A stretch of 64,000 nucleotides of DNA. Origin: an uncultured Actinomycetota bacterium. GTDB taxonomy: Bacteria > Actinomycetota > UBA4738 > HRBIN12. Positions within the stretch are counted from its first letter, which is position 1. Each line of letters starts with the position of its first letter. The DNA is taken from NCBI GenBank assembly GCA_963842295.1, contig CAWJFY010000005.1, positions 192,725 to 256,724 on the forward strand. The letters run 5' to 3'. Below are positions 19,165 through 28,153 of this stretch, piece by piece. Both the position numbers and the translations under genes were made by a program. The notes beneath the pieces were generated by a model. The model was not told where the DNA came from, ran no database searches, and was given only the letters and a program-made list of their open reading frames with translations.

Positions 19165-19914
19165 ATGTCTACGGTTTCCCGCATGGACATCAGAAGGATC
19201 GCGACGTTCACCGGCTGGCTGTGGATCGTCACCTTCGTCACCTCGATCCCGGCCCGATTCATCTTCTACGCCCCGGTGCTGGACGAGCCCAACTACGTCA
19301 CCGGAGCCGGCGACGCTTCCCTCGCGCTTCTAGCCACAGGGGCTGTACTCGAACTGATCCTCATCATCTCGAACGTCGGCACCGCGGTGGTGCCGTTCTC
19401 GGTCCACAAGCGTTACAGCGAAGTTGGAGCTGTTGCGTACGTATCAGCCCGCATCGTCGAGTGCATCTTCATCGCGATCGGGATCGTCAGCATGCTCGCG
19501 ATCGTGACCCTGCGGCAGGACGCCCCAAGTGGCACCACTGCTGCCCTCGGCCAGGGGATCGAAGCGATCTACGAGTGGTCGTTCCGGATCGGCCCGGGCT
19601 TCTTCGTCGGCGTCGGGAACGGACTGATCCTCGGCTACATGATGTACAAGTCAGGCTTGGTTCCCCGGCGGATGGCGATGCTCGGGCTCGTCGGCGGACC
19701 GCTCATCATCCTTGCGGGGATCCTCGTCATCTTCGACGTGATCGAGACCGGCGGCCCGATCGATGGGATCATGACGATCCCGGAGGGGCTCTGGGAGCTG
19801 TCGCTCGGCATCTATCTCGTCGCCAAGGGGTTCCGCCGCGACGCGCCGATCCTCGCCGATGATGCGCCGGTCAGGGTCCCCGAGTCGCCGAGCGCCATGC
19901 GTGAGAGTCGCTAG
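19165..19914 (+). CDS. DUF4386-like integral membrane protein
   Basis: 249 aa with multiple TM helices. The GC content is lower (about 60%). A second in-frame ATG at 19183 could be a leaderless start, because a TACGGT -10-like element sits 7 nt upstream of it. Confidence 0.55.
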   Translation: MSTVSRMDIRRIATFTGWLWIVTFVTSIPARFIFYAPVLDEPNYVTGAGDASLALLATGAVLELILIISNVGTAVVPFSVHKRYSEVGAVAYVSARIVECIFIAIGIVSMLAIVTLRQDAPSGTTAALGQGIEAIYEWSFRIGPGFFVGVGNGLILGYMMYKSGLVPRRMAMLGLVGGPLIILAGILVIFDVIETGGPIDGIMTIPEGLWELSLGIYLVAKGFRRDAPILADDAPVRVPESPSAMRESR

Positions 19915-19960
19915 GACGAGATTCAGCGGCAGCCAGCCTCGTCACGCTTAGGCTCACGCG

Positions 19961-20327
19961 ATGCGCATCGATCGTCAGGTCGTCGTGTTCGACGCTGCGG
20001 ATCTCGCTGCAGAGAGCTTCTGGGCCGGGGTGCTCGAAGGTGCTGTGGATGCCGAGGACGACTGGCAAATGGTGGTCGTCGAAGGGGAGCCCCGGGTCGG
20101 GGTGCAACTCGCGCCCAACCACATCCCGCCAAACTGGCCCGACGGGACACCGCCCCAACAGATGCACCTCGACCTGTGGGTCGAGGACTTCCCGGCGGCC
20201 ACGAACGAGTCATGTCGCTCGGCGCAAGGTGCTGAAGCCTGCCGAGGAGACCGACTCCGTCGACAACTTCCAGGTGTACGCGGACCCAGCCGGGCATCCC
20301 TTCTGCCTGTGCTGGATCGAACGGTAG
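19961..20327 (+). pseudogene. VOC (glyoxalase-like) family gene disrupted by two -1 frameshifts about 26 nt apart
   Basis: The N-terminus reads MRIDRQVVVFDAADLA...QMHLDLWVEDFPAA in frame 2. AHERVMSLGA follows in a third frame. The C-terminus KVLKPAEETDSVDNFQVYADPAGHPFCLCW is in the frame of ORF 20040..20327. The junctions lie near 20200 and 20226. Confidence 0.6.
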
Positions 20328-20443
20328 CGGCGGGGAGCGTCAAGGGTTCGAGCGACATTCGCCCGCCCTCGGGCCAAGCTCACACGCGGCGACGGGTGTC
20401 CCGGCTAGTCCGATAGCGTTGACGTGCCTAGGGGGTGTACCCG

Positions 20444-20833
20444 ATGCCTCATGTCCGGATCGAGGTCGTGAAGGGACGATCGCTCGCGGAGCGGCGGCGG
20501 CTGTTCCAAGCGGTCCACGACGGGCTGATGGAGGCGTTCCAGATCCCTGATGACGACCGCACACAGCGGATCGTCGAGCACGACGCCGAAAACTTCGAGA
20601 TCCCGCCTGGGAGCTCCGATCGTTACACCTTGATCGAGATCACCGCATTCCCTGGCCGATCCGCAGAGGCGAAGCGGACCCTCTACCGAGTCCTCATCGA
20701 GAAGCTCGGCGAGATCGCCATCGACCCGATGGACGTCTCGATCGTGATCATCGAACCCACGCTGGAAAGCTGGGGACTCCGCGGCGGCCGCTCATCCGCG
20801 GAGGTCGACCTCGGCTTCTCGCTCGACATCTGA
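20444..20833 (+). CDS. tautomerase-family protein (4-oxalocrotonate tautomerase/PptA-like, tandem type)
   Basis: MPHVRIEVVKGRS has the Pro1 that follows the initiator Met. An RBS AGGGGGTG lies upstream of the ATG at 20444. Confidence 0.6.
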   Translation: MPHVRIEVVKGRSLAERRRLFQAVHDGLMEAFQIPDDDRTQRIVEHDAENFEIPPGSSDRYTLIEITAFPGRSAEAKRTLYRVLIEKLGEIAIDPMDVSIVIIEPTLESWGLRGGRSSAEVDLGFSLDI

Positions 20834-20979
20834 TCCGAGGGACATCCGCGGACACTCGCGCACCGAGTGCTCCTCTCCTTGGCCGCACCGAGACACGAAC
20901 CGACTCCAGGTGCCGCACGTAGACCCTCCAGAGACGGGGCGGCCCGCACGGCACGTGGAACGAAGGGGAGGGGACGAGC

Positions 20980-21411
20980 ATGGCAGAGCCGAGCTTGTAC
21001 GAACGATTGGGCGGCGTATTCGCCATCGCTGCTGTCATCGACCATTTCAGCGATGCGGTCGTCCAGAATCCGATCGTCGGCCAAGCATCGAAGAACCCTG
21101 AGCTTCGTGAGTGGCATACCGACCAGCTGGACAGGCTGCCGGGGTTGAAGTTCATGCGCACCCTGTGGGTTTGCAACGTCGCCGGGGGACCCTTCACGTT
21201 CGCTGCCACGAAGCCAGGGAGCACCCCCCTCGGGCTGGAAGAGGCCCATCGCGACCTCCACATCTCCCCCGAGGAGTTCGATGAGGTCGCGGCTGAGCTG
21301 GGACGTTCGCTCGATCATTTCGGGGTCCCTGCGCGTGAGAAGGATGAAGTCCTGGCGGCCTTCGCGGCGCACAAGGGGGAAGTGACCGAGGGATCGATGG
21401 CTTCGGGCTGA
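20980..21411 (+). CDS. truncated haemoglobin (trHb, 2/2 globin)
   Basis: SLYERLGGVFAIAAVIDHFSDAV matches the typical trHb N-terminal pattern, and an RBS GAAGGGGAGGGGA is present. The GC content is about 57%. Confidence 0.65.
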   Translation: MAEPSLYERLGGVFAIAAVIDHFSDAVVQNPIVGQASKNPELREWHTDQLDRLPGLKFMRTLWVCNVAGGPFTFAATKPGSTPLGLEEAHRDLHISPEEFDEVAAELGRSLDHFGVPAREKDEVLAAFAAHKGEVTEGSMASG

Positions 21412-21429
21412 GCGTCTGCCTGTTGTCCG

Positions 21430-21456
21430 CTCAGTGCCGTTGCCGCCTTCACTGAG
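21430..21456. terminator. hairpin between the convergent trHb and GNAT genes
   Basis: CTCAGTG, a 13-nt loop, CACTGAG: a 7-bp stem. Confidence 0.3.
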
Positions 21457-21488
21457 GATCCGCGCCGTCGTCTACGTCCGATTCTCGC

Positions 21489-22061
21489 TCAAGGGTCGCA
21501 GCGCATGAACCAGAGGTGCGGGCCGCCGCCGGGCGCGTCGCCGTCCGCGATCGTGCGGAAACCGCGCCGCTCGTAGTACGCGACGTTCCCGGGCCGGCCG
21601 GTCTCCAAGAACGCCGGCACGCCGTCGCGACCGGCGAAGTCGAGCCCGTGACGGATCAGCGCCGCTCCGAGACCGGTGCCGCGGTGCTCCACCTCCACGG
21701 CGAGATGATCGAGGTACCAGAAGGGCTCGCGCGGGAAGTTGTCGGCGATCCACTCCCACATCTCCTCGTGACGAGTCTCGGCAGCCGCGAGCGTCGAACG
21801 CATCGACCGGTCGATGTCCATCATCACCTGGTCGCTCCCGGGAGGGATCCACGCCGCGACGCCGAGGCCAGCGCCGGCCTCCCAGAGCCAGCCGAGTTCG
21901 GAGATCCGCTCGTCGAACGCGCGGAAGAAGTCGGTGATCACCTCGGTCTTCTCCGCACCGAAGGGCCACACGAGCATCGGATCGTCGGTGAACGCGCGGC
22001 CGAGAAGCGCGGCCAGATCGGGCACGCGGTCGGGACCTGCCTGGACGATCGGCTCAGACAT
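21489..22061 (-). CDS. GNAT-family N-acetyltransferase
   Basis: 190 aa. HRGTGLGAALI matches the acetyl-CoA-binding motif A. Confidence 0.75.
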   Translation of the reverse strand: MSEPIVQAGPDRVPDLAALLGRAFTDDPMLVWPFGAEKTEVITDFFRAFDERISELGWLWEAGAGLGVAAWIPPGSDQVMMDIDRSMRSTLAAAETRHEEMWEWIADNFPREPFWYLDHLAVEVEHRGTGLGAALIRHGLDFAGRDGVPAFLETGRPGNVAYYERRGFRTIADGDAPGGGPHLWFMRCDP

Positions 22062-22142
22062 CGGCGGAGCCTATCGTCTGGGCGGCAATGGTCCTACAGT
22101 GGTCGCGTGAGCACGTCAGCGAAGGAGGCTCGCGCCTCCGCC

Positions 22143-22448
22143 GTGTGGCAGTGGACGGGTCGTGGTGTGACTTGCGTCTTCCTGATCCTCGGATCGCTCG
22201 TGTTCGTCACCTTCCTGGACACGGGTTCACCGGTCTGGCTCGCCCTCGCACTCACAGGCGTGGGCGGGGCGCTCCTGTACATCGTCGGACTCGAGCGAAC
22301 GACGCATCCCTCGTCGAGGTGGATCCAGCTCGCAGGCTGGTTGATGATGGCGGCGTTCTCGCTGATTCCCACGAGCCTCCTATTCATCCCCTTGGTCCTC
22401 GTGCTGTTCGCGCTCCCGGCGCTCCTCCCCAGGTTCCAGCGACCGTAG
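22143..22448 (+). CDS. small hypothetical membrane protein (about 100 aa, three TM segments)
   Basis: This is the tail of ORF 21516..22448. GAAGGAGG lies 14 nt upstream of the GTG at 22143. The start is uncertain. Confidence 0.3.
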   Translation: MWQWTGRGVTCVFLILGSLVFVTFLDTGSPVWLALALTGVGGALLYIVGLERTTHPSSRWIQLAGWLMMAAFSLIPTSLLFIPLVLVLFALPALLPRFQRP

Positions 22449-22514
22449 GCTGCGAGCGGCCCCCGCCCCTTCGGGTCGCCTATCCTTGCGCTCTCGGCTA
22501 CGGAGGACGCAGCG

Positions 22515-23682
22515 ATGCTCGAGCAAGAGACGATCAGAGAGCGCGAGGGCCGATGGAAGCCGCGCCCCACGCTGAGCGGCAACGACTACACGAGTCCCGA
22601 GGTCTGGGAGGAAGAACGCGAGCAGATCTGGTTCGGCGACTGGGTCTGCCTCGGTCGCGCCGAGGAGGTCGCGAACCCCGGCGACTACCTCGTCCGAGAG
22701 CTGGCGGGTGAGTCGATCTTCGTCACGAGGAACGCACAGGGCGCGCTCCACGGCTTCTACAACGTGTGTTCCCACCGGGGGACGAAGTTCCTCGACGACG
22801 AACCAGCAGCAGGGAACGTACGGAAGGCGTTCGTTTGCCCGTACCACTCCTGGACCTATGACCTGGACGGGCGCTTGATCGGGACGCCGAACGTCAGAGA
22901 GGACGAGCACTTCGACCGCGGGCAGTACCCGCTCCGCAGCTTCCCGGTCGACACCTACGCAGGGTTCCTGTTCGCCACGCTCGCGCGAGAGCCCCGGCCT
23001 CTCCTCGAAGCGCTGAACGACGGCGTGGAGAGCGTGACGGCCTTCGACCGGTTCGGTATGGACGAGCTCCGTGTCGGTGTCCGCATCGTCTACGAGGTCG
23101 CGGCGAACTGGAAGATCGTGGTCGAGAACTACAACGAGTGCCTCCACTGCCCGGTCGTACATCCCGAGCTGGTGCAGGTGGTCCCGTTGTTCCGCTTCGG
23201 TGAAGTGTGGGACGGCGAGACCCGTGACGGTGGCAACGAGATGGTCGACGGAGCGAAGTCGTTCACGATGACCGGCCGCTCCGAGCTGCCGACGCTTCCG
23301 GGGCTGCTCGATGAGGACCTGACCCGCTACTACGGGGCGTATCAGTTCCCGAACCTGCTGCTGAACATCCACCCGGATTGCGTCATGTACTACGTCGGGT
23401 ACCCGAAAGGGACCGGGGCACACCACGGTCGTCTCGGAGTACCTCTTCCGACCGGAGACGATCGCCGACCCCGCCGCCTTCAAGCCGGAGCCGGTCGTGG
23501 AGCTCTGGGACCTGATCTCGAAGCAGGACTGGGACGTGTGTGAGCGAGCGCAGATCGGAGTGGGATCGCGCGCGTTCACGACCGGCGTGTACCCACGACA
23601 GGACCGGTACCTGTTCGCGTTCAACGAGAGCTACCGGGCGAAGATGGGTCGCGCGAAGCTCGGCCGGGGGCCGATCGACTGA
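22515..23682 (+). pseudogene. Rieske [2Fe-2S] ring-hydroxylating oxygenase alpha-subunit-like gene with a +1 frameshift near 23412 (or a sequencing indel)
   Basis: Rieske motifs CSHRG and CPYHSW are present. The main ORF ends in GC-rich nonsense after YVGYPKG. The true C-terminus PGHTTVVSEYLFRPETIADP...WDLISKQDWDVCERAQIGVGS continues in frame +1 (ORF 23497..23682). Removing one nt at about 23412 restores a roughly 388-aa protein. Confidence 0.7.
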
Positions 23683-24173
23683 TGGCGATCAAGCGGATGA
23701 ACCACGCGGTCCTGTACGTCCGCGATGCGGAGAAGACCTATGAGTTCTACCGAGACGTGTTCGGGTTCCGGGTCGTGATGGAGATGCCGGGAGCGAAGTT
23801 CCTGCAGGCACCCGATTCCGACAACGATCACGACCTCGGCCTCTTCAGCATCGGGGACGCGGCCGGACCCTCCTCGGCGGGCATGTCCACGGTCGGGCTG
23901 TACCACATCGCGTGGGAGGTCCAGACGCTCGGCGACCTCCGCGAGATCGCGCAGAAGCTCCAGGAGGCGGGGGCGCTGACCGGCGCCACCGACCACAGCA
24001 CGACGAAGGCGCTCTACGGCAAGGATCCGGACGGGCTCGAGTTCGAGGTCTGCTGGATCGTGCCCAACGAGCTTCAGACGCCGGAGATCGAGGACGGTCG
24101 CGCGCGGATGCGGCCCCTCGACATCGAGGCGGAGATCGAGCGCTTCGGTCTGCAGACGGTCGGCGGCGTCTGA
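23682..24173 (+). CDS. VOC-family protein (glyoxalase/extradiol dioxygenase-like)
   Basis: 163 aa. MNHAVLYVRDAEKTYEFYRDVFGF matches the typical VOC N-terminus. Its ATG overlaps the Rieske stop. Confidence 0.7.
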   Translation: MAIKRMNHAVLYVRDAEKTYEFYRDVFGFRVVMEMPGAKFLQAPDSDNDHDLGLFSIGDAAGPSSAGMSTVGLYHIAWEVQTLGDLREIAQKLQEAGALTGATDHSTTKALYGKDPDGLEFEVCWIVPNELQTPEIEDGRARMRPLDIEAEIERFGLQTVGGV

Positions 24174-24176
24174 GGA

Positions 24177-24944
24177 TCACGCCGTTTCGAGCAGTCCGCG
24201 CCTGGATCTGATCCGCCTGTCGACCGGACCGACGATCAGGTACTCGACGGCCACGCCGATCACCGCGATCACCGCGACGACGGCCAGGAGCGAGGCGACG
24301 TCCTGCGAGCGATCGAGGAGGTGTCCCAGGCCGGTCGCGCCGGTGGCCTGGACGATCAGCTCACCCGCCATCAGCGCCTTCCACGCGAAGCCCCAGGCTT
24401 GCTGGACGCCCGCCATGTAGGCGGGGAGCGCCGCGGGGAACACGACGGCTCGCTGGAGCTCCCAGCCTTTCGCGCCGAGCGTCCGCCCGGCTCGCACGTA
24501 CATGGGCGAGACCTGGCGGATCCCCTGCAGCGTCGCGAGCGTGACCGCCGGGAACGAGCCCGCGATCGCGACGAACACGACGGCGCGCTCGGTGACGCCG
24601 AACCAGATCACGGCGAGCGGCACCCACGCGACGAACGGCGTGATCTGGAGCGCGACCACCAGAGGACGGACGCTCCGCCGCGCGAGCTCGGATGCGGCGA
24701 GCAGGAGCCCGAGCGCGGTCCCGATCACGAGCGCCGCCGTGAACGAGAAGGCGAGCCGGATCAGGGTCTTGAGGGTCGCCTCGGGGATCGTGCCGTCCGC
24801 GATGCCGTCCCGCAGCGCGGTCCACGTCTCGGCCGGCCCGGGGATCGATGCCGTGTCGGTCGCCGCGGCGACGACCGCCCACACGATCAGGAGCGAGGCC
24901 ACGCCCAGGAGCGGCGGGCCCAGCTCGTTCGCCCAACGCCGCAC
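24177..24944 (-). CDS. ABC transporter permease, NitT/TauT (SsuC/TauC-like) family
   Basis: Six TM helices, with GGAGGAGGG lying 6 nt upstream of the GTG at 24944, which sits 2 nt below the ATPase stop. The upstream ORF extension is artifactual. Confidence 0.7.
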   Translation of the reverse strand: MRRWANELGPPLLGVASLLIVWAVVAAATDTASIPGPAETWTALRDGIADGTIPEATLKTLIRLAFSFTAALVIGTALGLLLAASELARRSVRPLVVALQITPFVAWVPLAVIWFGVTERAVVFVAIAGSFPAVTLATLQGIRQVSPMYVRAGRTLGAKGWELQRAVVFPAALPAYMAGVQQAWGFAWKALMAGELIVQATGATGLGHLLDRSQDVASLLAVVAVIAVIGVAVEYLIVGPVDRRIRSRRGLLETA

Positions 24945-24946
24945 GG

Positions 24947-25766
24947 TTAGCCCTCCTCCACCTGACTGATCAGGAGGTCGTGGACCTCCGAAACCACGTG
25001 GGCGACCAGGACGTCGTCCAGCGTCCTGGGTCGGTGCGCGTCGATCCTGAACTCCTCCAGGAGCGTGCCGGGGGCCGCCGACATCACCAGCACCCGGTCG
25101 GAAAGGAGCACCGCCTCGCGGACGTTGTGGGTCGCGAATACGAACGTCGTGCGGCCGGCGCGCTCGACGCGCTCGCGCTGCACGATGTCCTGGAGCCGTT
25201 CTCGGGCGAGCGCGTCGAGCGCGCCGAAGGGCTCGTCGCCCAGCAGGATGGCCGGATCGCACGCCAGGGCGCGGGCGAGCGCCGCGCGCTGCCGCATCCC
25301 GGCCGACAGCTCGTGCGGCTGGCGGTCGGCGGACCGATCGATATCCATACGCGTGAGCCACGTGGCCGCCCGCTCCTCGCGTTCATCCGTGGGGACGTTC
25401 GCGAGGCGCAGCGCAAGATCGAGGTTGCCCCGCACCGAGAGCCAGGGGAACAGGGCCGGTTCCTGGAAGAGCACGGCGCGGTCGGGCCCGGGGTCGGTCA
25501 CCGGCCGGCCATCGACGAGCGATCTCACCGCTGGTGGGGCGTTCGAGGCCAGCGATGACGCTCAGGATGGACGTCTTCCCGCTCCCGCTCGGTCCGATCA
25601 GGCAGACGAATTCCCCTCGCACGACCTCGAACGAGAGGTCTTGGAAGGCCGTCTCGCGCTCGCCGGTGGGACGGAGCCTCGTCATGGAGAGGCCCCGGAC
25701 GGAGATCATCGACGGAGCCGGAGGGCCGGCGGGCTGGTCCCGGGTCTCGATCGAGGCGCGACTCAT
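24947..25766 (-). pseudogene. ABC transporter ATP-binding protein (SsuB/TauB-like) with one frameshift near 25518-25522
   Basis: The N-terminus (ORF 25383..25766) carries Walker A GPSGSGKTS up to LERPTSGEI. The C-terminus (ORF 24947..25528) carries VDGRPVTDPG...LSAGMRQRAALARAL...[11 protein letters not shown] in another frame. Confidence 0.7.
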
Positions 25767-25969
25767 CGCAGCCGGAACTTCTCCGCCATCTCGATCTGCA
25801 CGACCTTGCCGTCCTGCACGACCAGGATCACCGTGCCGAACTTGATCCGCCGCAGGATCCCGGCCACGTTCGCCAGGACCCGCCGCTCCTCGTCCGTGAG
25901 CTCGTCGCCGTCTATCGGCTCGTCGTGCTCGGAGGGTGGCGTCGTCAGCTCGTCGGTCACGGCTCGCAT
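25763..25969 (-). CDS. YezD-like small protein (DUF2292)
   Basis: 68 aa. RIKFGTVILVVQDGKVVQIEMAEKFRL matches the DUF2292 signature. Its stop overlaps the ATPase start (ATGA). Confidence 0.6.
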   Translation of the reverse strand: MRAVTDELTTPPSEHDEPIDGDELTDEERRVLANVAGILRRIKFGTVILVVQDGKVVQIEMAEKFRLR

Positions 25970-26005
25970 CCTAGAACCCCCGGCGCATGCGCTGGGCTAG
26001 GAACG

Positions 26006-26149
26006 ATGTGTCGGAACTGTGACGACTCGTGCTGCGAGACGGCCGAGGTGATTGACAGGAGCCCCATCCGGGCGGTATCCATGCGGGGCACACCGCCGCT
26101 CGACCGGGCCACCGGAGAGCGGTCCCGCCTCTCAGAGGCGATGTCCTGA
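26006..26149 (+). CDS. Cys-codon-rich upstream ORF (47 aa), candidate leader peptide for cysPTWA
   Basis: It translates as MCRNCDDSCCETAEV..., with four Cys codons in the first ten. It lies in frame inside ORF 25925..26149 and ends 80 nt before cysP. Small inverted repeats follow it at 26174-26193. Confidence 0.3.
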   Translation: MCRNCDDSCCETAEVIDRSPIRAVSMRGTPPLDRATGERSRLSEAMS

Positions 26150-26228
26150 CGGTTGACCGGACCACCGGAGACCGACCCACAGAAACCGGTGGGCGTCTCA
26201 CGTCCCGGTTCGATCGGAAGGAGTCCCG

Positions 26229-27287
26229 ATGTCTTTCCGCTCCACGTTCCTCCGGTGGTCGGCGCTCGGCGTCGCACCTCTCCTGGCGCTCTCCGCGTGC
26301 GGCTCGGGTGACGGCACGGCGAATGCCGCCGAGTGCGCGGGTCTGCCCGAGACCCCCGTGATCAGCTTCGCCGCGTACAGCACGCCGCGGGAGGTCTACG
26401 GCAAGATCATCCCGGCGTTCACGGCTCAGTGGAAGGAGGATCACAACGACCAGACCGTGATCTTCCAGGAGTCCTACGGCGCATCCACGTCGCAGGCCGC
26501 GAACGTGATCGCCGGCTACGAGGCGGACGTCGTCGCGCTCTCGCTCGCCCCCGACGTCGACGAGATCGCCGACGCCGGACTGATCACCCACGACTGGACC
26601 GACACCGCCGACGGCGGGATGGTCTCGACGTCGGTCGTCGTGTTCGACGTCCGACCGGGGAACCCCGATGGCATCGCGGACTGGGACGACCTGGCGCAGT
26701 CGGGCGTCGAGGTCCTCACCCCGGACCCGGCATCGAGCGGCGGAGCCCGCTGGAACCTGGTCTCCGCCTGGGGCGCCGCCCTCCGCGGCCACGCCGGGGT
26801 GCAGGCCGACGACGAGGCCGGCGCCACGTCGCTCCTACAGGGCGTCCTCGGCAATGTCGTGGCGTTCGACAAGAGCGCTCGCGAGTCGATCAAGAACTTC
26901 GAATCCGGCAACGGGGACGTCGCGATCACGTACGAGAACGAGGTGTTGACGGCCCAGGAGGCCGGTCTCGAGGACGAGGCGGTGTATCCGCCCTCCAGCG
27001 TGCTTATCGAGAACCCGGTTGCGGTCGTCGACCAGAACGTCGACAAGCATTGCGTTCGCGAGGTGGCCGAGGCCTTCGTGGAGTTCCTGCACACGCCTGA
27101 GGCGAAGGAGATGTACACGGATGTCGGGTTCCTCCGTTCCACAGACCTCGCGGAGGCGCAGGCCGGCGGCGAGGGATTCCCGGCGATCGAGGATCTCTGG
27201 AGCGTCGAGGATCTCGGTGGCTGGGGAGCGCTGAACGACAAGCTGTTCAGCGACACCGGAATCGTGACCGAGGCGACGGCCGGCTAG
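26229..27287 (+). CDS. cysP: sulfate/thiosulfate ABC transporter substrate-binding lipoprotein
   Basis: Lipobox LALSAC and an Sbp/CysP-type fold. An RBS GGAAGGAG is present. Confidence 0.8.
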   Translation: MSFRSTFLRWSALGVAPLLALSACGSGDGTANAAECAGLPETPVISFAAYSTPREVYGKIIPAFTAQWKEDHNDQTVIFQESYGASTSQAANVIAGYEADVVALSLAPDVDEIADAGLITHDWTDTADGGMVSTSVVVFDVRPGNPDGIADWDDLAQSGVEVLTPDPASSGGARWNLVSAWGAALRGHAGVQADDEAGATSLLQGVLGNVVAFDKSARESIKNFESGNGDVAITYENEVLTAQEAGLEDEAVYPPSSVLIENPVAVVDQNVDKHCVREVAEAFVEFLHTPEAKEMYTDVGFLRSTDLAEAQAGGEGFPAIEDLWSVEDLGGWGALNDKLFSDTGIVTEATAG

Positions 27288-27289
27288 CG

Positions 27290-28153
27290 ATGAGCGGCGC
27301 CGCGCAGACCCTTCGGTCCCGCAGCGCGACGGTGCGGTCCCGCGACCGCACCGCCGCCGCGTTGCGGCACCTCGGGCTGCGCGGCGCCGCGATCCTGTAC
27401 CTAGGGGCCTTCGTCTTGATCCCGGTGGCCGCGGTCATCACCCGGGGGTTCGGCGACGGTCTCGGCTCCTTCCGCGAGGCGATGGCGATCCCCAACGCCT
27501 GGCACGCGATCTGGCTGACGCTGATCACGTCGGGGCTCGCCTCGGTCCTGAACTGCGTGATGGGGGTGGCCCTCGCGTGGGTGCTCGTCCGCTTCCGATT
27601 CCCGGGTCGGAACGTCCTCTCCTCGCTCGTCGATCTCCCGCTCGCGATCCCGACGCTCGTGACCGGGTTGATGATCGCGACGCTCTACGGACCCAACGGC
27701 GCGATCGGTAAGGCGCTCGATGCGATCGGTCTGCAGGTCGTGTTCACGCCCGTCGGGATCCTCCTCGCGCTCTGCGTGGTGACGCTGCCGCTCGTCGTCC
27801 GCAACGTCCAGCCCGTCCTCCAGGAGCTGGACCCCGCGGAGGAGGAGGCGGCGGCCACGCTGGGCGCCGGCGGCTGGACGACCTTCCGGCGGATCGTCTT
27901 CCCGGCGATCCGCCCCGCGGTGGTGGGCGGCACGCTCCTCACGTTCGCGAGATGCATCGGGGAGTTCGGCAGTGTGGTGCTCGTCTCGGGCAACCGCCCG
28001 GGCGAGACCCTGACCGCGCCGGTGTTCATCTTCCAGCTCACCGGCCAGTTCCGACCCGAGGAGGCGGCCGCGGTCGCCACGCTGATGTTCGGCATCTCGT
28101 TCGTGCTCGTCCTGATCACGGCGCGACTGCTCAAGCGGAGGGAGGCGGCATGA
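27290..28153 (+). CDS. cysT: sulfate ABC transporter permease CysT
   Basis: 287 aa with six TM helices and an EAA-loop-like [15 protein letters not shown] motif. Confidence 0.8.
   Translation: MSGAAQTLRSRSATVRSRDRTAAALRHLGLRGAAILYLGAFVLIPVAAVITRGFGDGLGSFREAMAIPNAWHAIWLTLITSGLASVLNCVMGVALAWVLVRFRFPGRNVLSSLVDLPLAIPTLVTGLMIATLYGPNGAIGKALDAIGLQVVFTPVGILLALCVVTLPLVVRNVQPVLQELDPAEEEAAATLGAGGWTTFRRIVFPAIRPAVVGGTLLTFARCIGEFGSVVLVSGNRPGETLTAPVFIFQLTGQFRPEEAAAVATLMFGISFVLVLITARLLKRREAA

Noticed and set aside
20330-20400. tRNA-like GGGTTCGAG element inside a GGCGGG...CCCGCC stem
   Set aside because: There is no acceptor, D or anticodon arm arrangement, and it lies partly within the 3' end of the VOC pseudogene. 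It is not a tRNA.
20195-25530. Programmed ribosomal frameshifting as the explanation for the split VOC, Rieske and ABC-ATPase genes
   Set aside because: There are no slippery heptamers or downstream pseudoknot-like structures at the junctions. The gene types are not known frameshift users. Indel (pseudogene or miscall) is the simpler explanation.
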